Shown: piece after piece, positions 1 through 8,642 of the stretch | Layout: the number at the start of each line of letters is the position of its first letter | How positions within the stretch are numbered: position 1 is the stretch's first letter | NCBI GenBank assembly: GCA_900128395.1 | Contig: LT649307.1 | Coordinates: forward strand, 1-40,655 | DNA: 40,655 nt | Source of the DNA: Stramenopiles sp. TOSAG23-2 | Taxonomy: Eukaryota | Reading direction: 5' to 3' | Made by a program: the position numbers and the translations under genes | The notes under the pieces: model-generated | The model's database searches: none | The model's input: the letters and a program-made list of their open reading frames with translations, nothing else | What the model was told of the DNA's origin: nothing

Positions 1-1360
1 CATCCCAGTTGTATTCAGCACCTGCTTTGTATGGTCCTTTGTTGTATTCACCGTACACACGACCACCTCCAACATTTTCTTCTGCCTCATCCAAAAATGG
101 TGGGGGAATAGGAGGGTAGTTTCGAGGACCACCGACATTTGCATCTTCATCCCAGTTGTATTCAGCACCTGCTTTGTATGGTCCTTTGTTGTATTCGCCG
201 TATACACGTCCACCACCAACATTAGCTTCTTTCTCGTCCCAATAGTAACCCTTATTAGGCCTCCACGCGTGGTTTGAAGGCCTCAACGGTCTTGGGTTTG
301 AAATGCCAACTTGTTCATCCCAGTTGTATTCAGCACCTGCTTTGTATGGTCCTTTGTTGTATTCACCGTAAACACGACCACCTCCAATATTTTCGTTTCT
401 TTGTTGACGCTGACGGCATGCAACACAAGCCGGGCTCATTGACTGACAACACATTTCTGAATGTAATTCATCCCAGTTGTATTCACCACCTGCTTTGACT
501 GGTCCTCATCCCAGTTGTATTCAGCACCTGCTTTGTATGGTCCTTTGTTGTATTCACCGTAAACACGACCACCTCCAATATTTTCGTTTCTTTGTTGACG
601 CTGACGGCATGCAACACAAGCCGGGCTCATTGACTGACAACACATTTCTGAATGTAATTCATCCCAGTTGTATTCACCACCTGCTTTGACTGGTCCTTTG
701 TTGTATTCGCCATAAACTTTACCACCACCAACATCAACGAAAGCATCTTCATCCCAGTTGTATTCACCACCTGCTTTGACTGGTCCTTTGTTGTATTCGC
801 CGTAAACTTTACCACCACCAACCAAATTTTCTCCCAAGATGTCGTAACTTCCACCACATGCTTTCTTTGCATCGTTCACCACCTGCTTTGACTGGTCCTT
901 TGTTGTATTCGCCGTAAACTTTACCACCACCAACATTTTCTCCCAAGATGTCGTAACTTCCACCACATGCTTTCTTTGCATCGTTCATCCATCTTCTGTG
1001 AAGGCCATCGTTGTAGGTTGCCCATGGGCTCCATTTTCTACCATTACTAGATATACGTACAGCATTTTTAGCATTGCAGTTCTTATCATAAGCACAACTA
1101 TCGCTTACATCTCTATGCCAATAAGAATTGATTTGCCATAGACCACGGTCGTAACTGTTGGAGTTTTGACCACGTGCTTTGGTATCACCACGAGATTCTG
1201 CCCATGCTACAGCAACTGCTGTTGGACATGCGCTGGATGAACCACCGTTTCGTTTCCATACAGAAGCAACTCCACTCATTGATAAACGTTCTGCTCTTAC
1301 TCTTGACGATACAAACAATATGTATGCAATTGCAAATAAAATCATATCATAAATTTTCAT
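1..1360 (-). CDS. Secreted lysozyme-like (SLT/lysozyme-like fold) protein fused to a multi-core repeat peptide cassette; runs off the window; two frameshifting duplications in this assembly
   Basis: Hydrophobic N-terminal signal (MKIYDMILFAIAYILFVSSRVRA). Lysozyme-superfamily motifs AVAVAWAES (catalytic Glu position), DRGLWQINS and NAKNAVRISSNGRKWSPWATY. Repeats of VGGG(K/R)VYGEYNKGP(V/Y)KAG(G/A)EYNWDE follow. Bases 505..1 are open in the same frame as the ATG at 1360. Confidence 0.85.
315..697. repeat. Tandem duplication, period 191 bp (2 copies), frameshifts the CDS
   Basis: tcatcccagttgtattcagcacc... starts at 315 and again at 506; the copies look identical by eye. Confidence 0.9.
763..987. 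repeat. Tandem duplication, period ~112 bp (2 copies, one 3-nt indel), frameshifts the CDS
   Basis: ttcaccacctgctttgactgg...gcatcgttca starts at 763 and at 875; the first copy has accaaatttt where the second has acatttt. Confidence 0.9.
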
Positions 1361-1512
1361 CTTTGCTATCTTTTTTTTTTTTTTGTTTGGATATAAAAAA
1401 GTTCTGCTCTTACTCTTGACGATACAAACAATATGTATGCAATTGCAAATAAAATCATATCATAAATTTTCATCTTTGCTATCTTTTTTTTTTTTTGTTT
1501 GGATATAAAAAA
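1288..1512. repeat. Tandem duplication, period 113 bp, covering the start codon and signal peptide
   Basis: gttctgctcttactc...ggatataaaaaa at 1288-1400 and 1401-1512; the T-run is 14 nt in one copy and 13 nt in the other. Confidence 0.9.
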
Positions 1513-1846
1513 TTTCTTTATTTTCTTTTCTTTCTCTTGTTTTCTTTCCTGTTGTTTTAAATTTGTTAATATTCTTATTATATAAAATAAACTTTTGATT
1601 TATCTATAATGTACAATATATTGTCTTTTGTTTATATCTATTCTTTCGTACGCACGTACTATCTTCTTTATTTTAATATATTTACTATGGTATGTATATT
1701 GTATATATGTATATATTGTAAAAAAAATTTATTATGCTGCTATGGCGATGCTAATTTTTGGATCGATATTATTTTTTCAGTCCTCAACATTTCTAAAATA
1801 AGCATCGAAAAAAAAAATGCTGAAATGATGAAAAGACACGAAATTT

Positions 1847-1954
1847 GGCAATCCAGCAATCCAGCAATCTGGCAATCCAATCCGGCATCCGGCAATCCTG
1901 GCAATAGCAATCTGTGGCAAAATCTGCTGCTGCTGGCAATCCTCCTGGCAATCT
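1847..1954. repeat. Cluster of GCAATC(C/T) motifs in a divergent intergenic region
   Basis: About nine GCAAT copies; the first four are spaced 8 bp apart (gcaatcca). Confidence 0.8.
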
Positions 1955-2150
1955 TTCTCCATCAATTATTATTGCAACCATACGTAAATCTATATCATCT
2001 TTCATATTAGAACAACGGGATGGAGAATATATATGTATATATATATATATCTCAATGAATATATCATAAATAAAACATATAAAACGACACACGTAACACA
2101 CATACAAAAATAATAAAATAACAATTTAAAATCTATTTAACAAATTAATC

Positions 2151-3647
2151 ATGGCAACATTATCATACAATGAAACACAAGGGGCATTAAAAGCGAAAAT
2201 GGAAACATATGGGGAAGGACATGTATTTCAATATGCCACGGATGGACTTGAGTTACATACTTTATGTTCACAATTATCTGCAGTAGATATGGATAGACAA
2301 AAAGAATTATATCAAAAAGTGATCTGTGCAGCTGAATCTGGGTCAAGATTTGAAGGTGCTACTATTGAAGCTGTTAACAATCCAAATGCACTTACCTCTA
2401 CAGAAGAAGAGACCAAAAATCTATGGCATGATAATTATTACACGGCTTTATCACAAGGAAAGTTAGCTTTATTAATTCTTGCAGGTGGTGCTGGTACACG
2501 TTTAGGTTTTAATGGACCAAAAGGAAAATTTCGTGTAAACAGCCCGAGTAATAAATCATTATTTCAATTTCATTCTGAACGTGTTCGTAAATTGGAACTT
2601 TTAACCAAAGCGAAAAAAAATGTTGATGTGCGCATACCAGTATACATTATGACCAGTCCACAAAATAATGATGAAACTGTACTTTTTTTCGAGGAAAATA
2701 ATTATTTTGGTTTAGATTCAAGTTGTGTTACATTTTTTGCGCAAGGCACATTACCATGTTTCAGTAACGATGGTGGAAAATTGATGATGGAATCTCCGTC
2801 AAAACTTGCTGTTGCAGCTGATGGCAATGGTGGTCTTTACCCTGCAATGTACAACAATGGTATCTTGGATGATTTAAAAAATCGTGGTGTTGATTATATA
2901 CATACTATTTGTATTGATAATATTCTTGTACGTGCATTAGATCCTGCATTTATGGGATTAGTTGTTACATCAAAAGCAGAAGTTGGAAGTTTAACTGTTA
3001 AAAAACGTGCATGGCAAGAACCAATTGGCATGTTGGTGAAATTGAATGGCAAATATGCAATTGCTGAATATAGTGATGTTGATGATAAAATGAAACAGGA
3101 AACTACGAATGATGGTAAATTAAAATTTGAACAAGGTAATATTTGTATCCATGCATTTTCAACACAATTTTTAATTGAGAAAGTTGTACCACAATATGTG
3201 AAAAAAATTGTACCAGCAAACTATCACATAGCACGTAAACAAATCCCGGTTTACAATACGGAAACGAAAGAAACGGTCAAACCAAAAGAGAAAAATGGTG
3301 TAAAATTGGAAATGTTTATCTTTGATGTATTTGATTTCGCAGAATCAATGGCTATTTTACAAGTTCCACGAGAAGAACAATTTTCCCCAGTAAAAAATAA
3401 AGAAGGCCCAGGTGTAAAAGATTCACCTGGAACAGCTAGGGAAATGTTGTCTAATCTTCATAAAGAATGGTTAGTTGCTGCTGGTGCTACTATTAATGGA
3501 GATGGCCTTGTAGAAGTTTCGCCATTGGTATCATACAATGGCGAAGGCTTGGAAAGTTTTGCCGGAAAAACATTGCAAACACCATGTTTAATACAAGAAA
3601 AAGCACAAACAGATCCAAATGTATATTTTGTGGATAGTTCAATGTAA
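2151..3647 (+). CDS. UAP1: UDP-N-acetylglucosamine pyrophosphorylase
   Basis: 498 aa with LAGGAGTRLG..PKG, YIMTS, QGTLP, DGNGG, IDNIL, EYSD, GNICIH, KLEMFIFDVF, FSPVKN and EVSPLVSYNGEGL motifs. Confidence 0.95.
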   Translation: MATLSYNETQGALKAKMETYGEGHVFQYATDGLELHTLCSQLSAVDMDRQKELYQKVICAAESGSRFEGATIEAVNNPNALTSTEEETKNLWHDNYYTALSQGKLALLILAGGAGTRLGFNGPKGKFRVNSPSNKSLFQFHSERVRKLELLTKAKKNVDVRIPVYIMTSPQNNDETVLFFEENNYFGLDSSCVTFFAQGTLPCFSNDGGKLMMESPSKLAVAADGNGGLYPAMYNNGILDDLKNRGVDYIHTICIDNILVRALDPAFMGLVVTSKAEVGSLTVKKRAWQEPIGMLVKLNGKYAIAEYSDVDDKMKQETTNDGKLKFEQGNICIHAFSTQFLIEKVVPQYVKKIVPANYHIARKQIPVYNTETKETVKPKEKNGVKLEMFIFDVFDFAESMAILQVPREEQFSPVKNKEGPGVKDSPGTAREMLSNLHKEWLVAAGATINGDGLVEVSPLVSYNGEGLESFAGKTLQTPCLIQEKAQTDPNVYFVDSSM

Positions 3648-3762
3648 ATATCATCCCCCTCATTATGCATATGATACCACACAGTATGACACTTTTAAAT
3701 TAAAATGATGAGAGAAAAATAAAAAATAATACGTATTCTTTTTTTAATGATTATTATAATAA

Positions 3763-5712
3763 TTAATTATTCAATGGCTGTAATAATGATGGATATTCCA
3801 AATTTTCCATCATATGTTGATTTACATTTAATTGTTCATTTACACTAGAATCAAATCTATCCCATGTATTTGTTAATTGACTATTATATAATAAATTAGA
3901 CAATGTCCTTTTTTTTGCTTCACTTTGCCTAGCATGTTGTTGCACTTTTAAATTTGCATTTTGCAAAATATTATTTTGTAAATTTAAGCGTGCATTTTTG
4001 GCCAAAATAATATTTTCTGCATCATGTCGCCGTTGAAAATAGCTAGGATAATTAGATGGTAGTACGAATCCGCTATCGATAGCTGCTGCATTGTAACTTT
4101 TGGCGTATGGGTCTTCTTGTTGTTGTTGCTGTTGAAGATATTGTTCTTGTTGTGAATATGATGTTGGGAGCGGTTGTTCTTGCTGTATTTGATAATTATT
4201 GTTGTATAATGGTGTATTTCTACTTATTACGGATGGTGGATAAATAATATTGTCGTTGTTGTTATTCATCACCATATTATCAATGTAATATCCTTCATCA
4301 TGATCATCTCGTTGGTGGTAGTAGTTTTGTGTTGGTGTATTATTAATACGACTACGAATTGATAGGACACGATCATAAATTTCTTGTTCGCGATCTCGTT
4401 TAATATTTTCGTATTGTTCTGATGTAAATTCATTTTTTTTATTATTACTATTGCCAACTATTATCCGTTCACTCCCAGACCTACTATTTAATTGCATTAT
4501 TTGTACATTATTTCCAATAATTGTTTCATTTTCATTATGTTTTTCCTTGGTAATCTTTTTTCTTCGTTGATCAATTAAATAATTACGTTGTAGTGCTTGT
4601 CTACGTGAATAGGAGCCAACCTCTTTACGTAATTTTCTTACGATATTTCTACTCTTGCTATGACGTTTAGTATTTGTTTTATTTCCTCGTAAGTTTGGTA
4701 AACTATATGAATTTGTTAAAACATTTTTACCATACAATTTTGATTTCCTTTTCATTTCTTTTGCTAATGTTTGCATACGTTCTAAATGTTTACGTTCTCG
4801 TATTAAAATATTTTTTTGTCTATTTGTAGTAACATTTAAATAATTTCGTACAGGACTTTTGACTTTTATTTTATTGTCTTGCATAATTTCATTATTATTA
4901 TAATTATAATTATTATTATTATCTTTTTTTCCATTGTCAATATTATTATGATCAATTCCTTTTAAAGCATTTTTTAAAGAATTGAATGACTGTATAGGTT
5001 GTCCATCCGCATCATTTAACATTCCAGTCGTTCGTACTGACGGTATTTTCTCCTTTTTTTCCATTATTTGTTTTTCATTATTATTATTATTTACAGTATT
5101 TTTCATTAATTTAGATTGTTCGTCTTTCGTTAAATTTTGCAACGTATCTCCAGTTGTTTTCAAAAGATCATCTAAAATATCAATTGTATTCGTTGTTCCA
5201 TCGTAAATATTATTATCTTCAGCCTTTTCTTTTTTTTCAAAATGTTTACGTATATCAATATTTTTATCCACAAATTTATTCTGTGCCGTAATCAATTGAT
5301 CCGTTTCAGCTATTATATCGTTATCATCATTGTTTATTCGTCTTTTCTTTTCATCTTCATTATGGTTTACCGTTTGGTTTGCATTATTGTTATTATTGTC
5401 TTCTAAATTAGTATCAAAGTCAAAATTATTATCATTATTATTGCAATTTTCTTGCGTTATTGTAGATGTATATGTATTATGCATTACCTTATCTAAACTT
5501 GATTCGAAATTATCTGTAGTATCATATGTATCATTCAACTTTATATTGACATCGTCATCATTATAAAAGGCGTTATCTGTTATTATTGGATCCTCTTTAC
5601 TATCGAAAAACATATCTACCTCCATATTTAACTGTTGATTTTCCTCAACGACTATAGAAGCATTTCTTTCGTGCCATTCTTGAAAACTAGTACCACTTTC
5701 TGTCCGCTTCAT
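3763..5712 (-). CDS. Hypothetical Asn/Gln-rich low-complexity protein
   Basis: 649-aa uninterrupted ORF in AT-rich DNA; no domain recognised. Confidence 0.8.
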   Translation of the reverse strand: MKRTESGTSFQEWHERNASIVVEENQQLNMEVDMFFDSKEDPIITDNAFYNDDDVNIKLNDTYDTTDNFESSLDKVMHNTYTSTITQENCNNNDNNFDFDTNLEDNNNNNANQTVNHNEDEKKRRINNDDNDIIAETDQLITAQNKFVDKNIDIRKHFEKKEKAEDNNIYDGTTNTIDILDDLLKTTGDTLQNLTKDEQSKLMKNTVNNNNNEKQIMEKKEKIPSVRTTGMLNDADGQPIQSFNSLKNALKGIDHNNIDNGKKDNNNNYNYNNNEIMQDNKIKVKSPVRNYLNVTTNRQKNILIRERKHLERMQTLAKEMKRKSKLYGKNVLTNSYSLPNLRGNKTNTKRHSKSRNIVRKLRKEVGSYSRRQALQRNYLIDQRRKKITKEKHNENETIIGNNVQIMQLNSRSGSERIIVGNSNNKKNEFTSEQYENIKRDREQEIYDRVLSIRSRINNTPTQNYYHQRDDHDEGYYIDNMVMNNNNDNIIYPPSVISRNTPLYNNNYQIQQEQPLPTSYSQQEQYLQQQQQQEDPYAKSYNAAAIDSGFVLPSNYPSYFQRRHDAENIILAKNARLNLQNNILQNANLKVQQHARQSEAKKRTLSNLLYNSQLTNTWDRFDSSVNEQLNVNQHMMENLEYPSLLQPLNN

Positions 5713-5811
5713 TATTTAATTTTATCATTAAAAAAACGAATCAAGTAGACAAAGATTATGCTAAGATAACCATTCGGCGACTACGATGCAATAAAGTCTA
5801 ATGTAGAGATA

Positions 5812-5952
5812 ATGGATGAACAAGAGGTTTGTGAACACTGTTCAAATGGTAATAGTAATGTTGCTATATTATTGTTACGTGCTTACTGGATTAATAATGA
5901 CGAAGAGAGAAAAAAAGGCTGTTGTCGTCGTGTGTCGTGTGTCGTCGTTTGA
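5812..5952 (+). CDS. Candidate 46-aa micro-ORF ending in a CaaX-like motif
   Basis: Hand translation: MDEQEVCEHCSNGNSNVAILLLRAYWINNDEERKKGCCRRVSCVVV*. It is below the ORF-track cutoff. Confidence 0.2.
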   Translation: MDEQEVCEHCSNGNSNVAILLLRAYWINNDEERKKGCCRRVSCVVV

Positions 5953-6045
5953 CATTTGATAGGAAAAATAAAAACTGTATTAATACAATAATTCATACTC
6001 ATCAAATAGCGCAATCGCGATTTATCAAATTAAAAATTTTTAGCC

Positions 6046-6075
6046 AATAGAGTTATCTACATTAAAGATGGTGAA

Positions 6076-6106
<31 letters not shown>

Positions 6107-6397
6107 TTTTTTTTTTTTTTTTTTTTTTCAACTTTTTTTTTCCAGCCCTCTAGTATGGAAATAGCATTACTAGGATAGAAATACCATTACATGGACGATT
6201 TCAGGAGGATTTAAATTTTCACTCAAAACAACAAACACGCACAATGAAAAATTTAAATCCTTCCTGAAATCGTCCATGTAATGGTATTTCTATCCTAGTA
6301 ATGCTATTTCCATACTAGAGGGCTGGAAAAAAAAAGTTGAAAAAAAAAAAAAAAAAAAAAAATTCACCATCTTTAATGTAGATACTGTAACTCTATT
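6046..6397. repeat. Long imperfect inverted repeat (foldback/MITE-like or hairpin-RNA locus)
   Basis: Arms 6046-6221 and 6245-6397 are reverse complements with small indels and unequal poly-T/poly-A runs; 23-nt loop. Confidence 0.9.
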
Positions 6398-6571
6398 TTT
6401 TTATTAATTTTTTTTATAATATTATACGAAACACATCATATCTTCCAGGGATCTCCTCGTTTAAATCATCTGTCTCAATCTATGTGTATATTACATGCAT
6501 ATATATATATATATATATGATATATGTGCATGTAGGATACTGTTATATTAACACCATTTCATAAAATATAT

Positions 6572-7948
6572 TTAACGAAAACGACCTACAGCGCTTGTAC
6601 GAAAATCACTTGTTCCACCATAGGAACGTGATAAATCTAATGATTGTGCATAACTTGTGCGTGAATCCCAAGTTGATGTCGTTGGTTTATATCTTCTACT
6701 ATTATTACTACTACTATTACTATTTAAATTGGTACGAGTATTATTATTATTGTTATTATTTATTGAGCCATATGCATGTAATGGTGCATTCATATTTTTA
6801 CCTGAATATGTTTCAGTTGTCCACCAATCCATTTTATTTTCACCACGTCTATTTGATGGCCACCATCCTTGATGTCCAGGTGGACGTTCCCACCATTTAC
6901 GACCACTATTTGCACCACCATTTTCATCGATTCCACCAGGTGTACCCGGTGCTAACCATCTGGAACGTTCATCCAATGCTGTACCACGTGTCATGCGCAT
7001 GGATAATGTATCTATTGAACGCGTTGAAGAGCTTGCTACACTTACAATTCCTAAACGTTTCTCAATCTCAGTTCTTAATGAACCAACTTCAAAATATTTT
7101 GCTTCTCGATACAATTCTTTCATCGTGATTTTATCAACTGGTAATACACCATCACGTAAAAAATTCAACACATGACGAAATAATTTACCACTTCGATCAA
7201 TAAAGACCATACTTTGGTTACCATCTTCCGCATCTTCTTTGGCCTCTGCTTTCAATGGTGAATCTTCACGGCACAATGCAGCCAACATACTGTCTGGATC
7301 GCGTGAAAGCACAGATTCAAACGTCTCATAGACAATGCCGCCAACATTCAATTTGATACGTGCTTCATCTTGAAAAGGTACAACTTCCGAAATAATAACT
7401 TCGTTAAAACGTCTTTTTTCATCATCTAACCACGCACGTTCGTGTCTTAGTTTTGCCCAATCACTTCTTAACGCTAATTTCTTCCTTTGTAAATGCGTAG
7501 CATCTAATTGCAATTCTCTCCATTTTCGAGATATATCAGCTGCTTCCGTCGTCAATTGCATGTATGTCTCATCTACCATATCGTCAACGGTTGAGCCTCT
7601 TGTTTGACTCATAACACGGTGACGATTTGCATTATTATTATTACTGTTCATCATCATATTATTTGATTGCATCATATTAGTACTACTTGAACGCATCATT
7701 GGATTATTGATACTACCACCGGACGTCATCATTGATCCTCTGTTCATAGATACGTTTGTATTTCCCATCATAGATGGTGCCATAGATGCATTGAAACCAG
7801 TGCCCAAATTTGGTACAATTGGCATATTACCATATTGTTGTGGTGGGACAATTCCAGTTACAGTTGCTGAAGTAGGTTGTGTTGCACGCGCAAACATTTG
7901 ACTTCCTAAATTAGCAGTTGTCGTTGTATTTGCAAATTGTTTACTCAT
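6572..7948 (-). CDS. KCTD-type BTB/POZ (T1-like) domain protein with coiled coil
   Basis: RIKLNVGGIVYET..SVL...PDSML, FIDRSGKLFRHVLNFLRDG and LYREAKYFEV are typical of the BTB_2 domain. Confidence 0.92.
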   Translation of the reverse strand: MSKQFANTTTTANLGSQMFARATQPTSATVTGIVPPQQYGNMPIVPNLGTGFNASMAPSMMGNTNVSMNRGSMMTSGGSINNPMMRSSSTNMMQSNNMMMNSNNNNANRHRVMSQTRGSTVDDMVDETYMQLTTEAADISRKWRELQLDATHLQRKKLALRSDWAKLRHERAWLDDEKRRFNEVIISEVVPFQDEARIKLNVGGIVYETFESVLSRDPDSMLAALCREDSPLKAEAKEDAEDGNQSMVFIDRSGKLFRHVLNFLRDGVLPVDKITMKELYREAKYFEVGSLRTEIEKRLGIVSVASSSTRSIDTLSMRMTRGTALDERSRWLAPGTPGGIDENGGANSGRKWWERPPGHQGWWPSNRRGENKMDWWTTETYSGKNMNAPLHAYGSINNNNNNNTRTNLNSNSSSNNSRRYKPTTSTWDSRTSYAQSLDLSRSYGGTSDFRTSAVGRFR

Positions 7949-8170
7949 CTTTCTATTTGTAAGTTTTTATTTTTATCCTCCTTATCCCGTGTATTTTTAA
8001 AATGATATTCAATCAATATAAATATATGTGTATGTAATTATTATTGTATTTATCATACCAATTTGTTTGTCATTGTTCTATGTTGATACTTCTATTATTT
8101 TTGATAGAACATTATTATGGATATATATATTAATATTTGAAAAGCAACAAAAAGCAATTTATAACGGTAT

Positions 8171-8576
8171 TCAGAATACCTTAAAAATACACAAATCTGC
8201 AAATTGCATCCCCATAGAAATAGCACCAAATATACTAGCACGATAATAGTACTATACGGTATATAACACACGTTCAACCCGAACAAATGCAGTGTTTGTA
8301 CTTACAATCCATCGCAAACAACCTGGAATAACACCACTATAAGATTTGTATAGCGTTGCTACATAGTGTATAATAATAATACTGCACAATTCTCCGTAAT
8401 ACCGTAACAGTGTGTTTAACACTACTATATTAGAAGAGAAGGAAAATATATAGAGATATAGATAAAAAAGACTGTAATAATATAATAATAGTTCACAAAT
8501 AAAGAAACTAGTAATTGATACTAATTCAATAATTAACAGTAAAGAAATACATATATACGCACGTGCACGTAGCCAT
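8171..8576 (-). CDS. Candidate 4-exon micro-gene, 55 aa
   Basis: Exons 8576-8563, 8424-8383, 8336-8306 and 8251-8171, joined over GT..AG introns (donors GTGCGT, GTATTA, GTAAGT), give MATCTSVKHTVTVLRRIVHGVIPGCLRWIYYYRASIFGAISMGMQFADLCIFKVF*. The model is hand-built. Confidence 0.25.
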
Positions 8577-8642
8577 ATACATATACACACATAGTATATG
8601 ATATTAACAAATATATCATTAAACAAATTTTACAAATTAAAA

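Noticed and set aside
274-872. ORFs 274..498, 477..689 and 627..872
   Set aside because: Antisense or off-frame shadows of the repeat cassette.
1-990. CRISPR-like pattern of constant units with variable spacers
   Set aside because: The units are ~70 nt, in frame with a signal-peptide protein and vary at synonymous sites; the context is eukaryotic with no cas genes.
1609-2107. ORFs 1609..2010, 1777..1965 and 1793..2107
   Set aside because: Translations of TA-rich DNA and the GCAATC motif cluster; no protein-like features.
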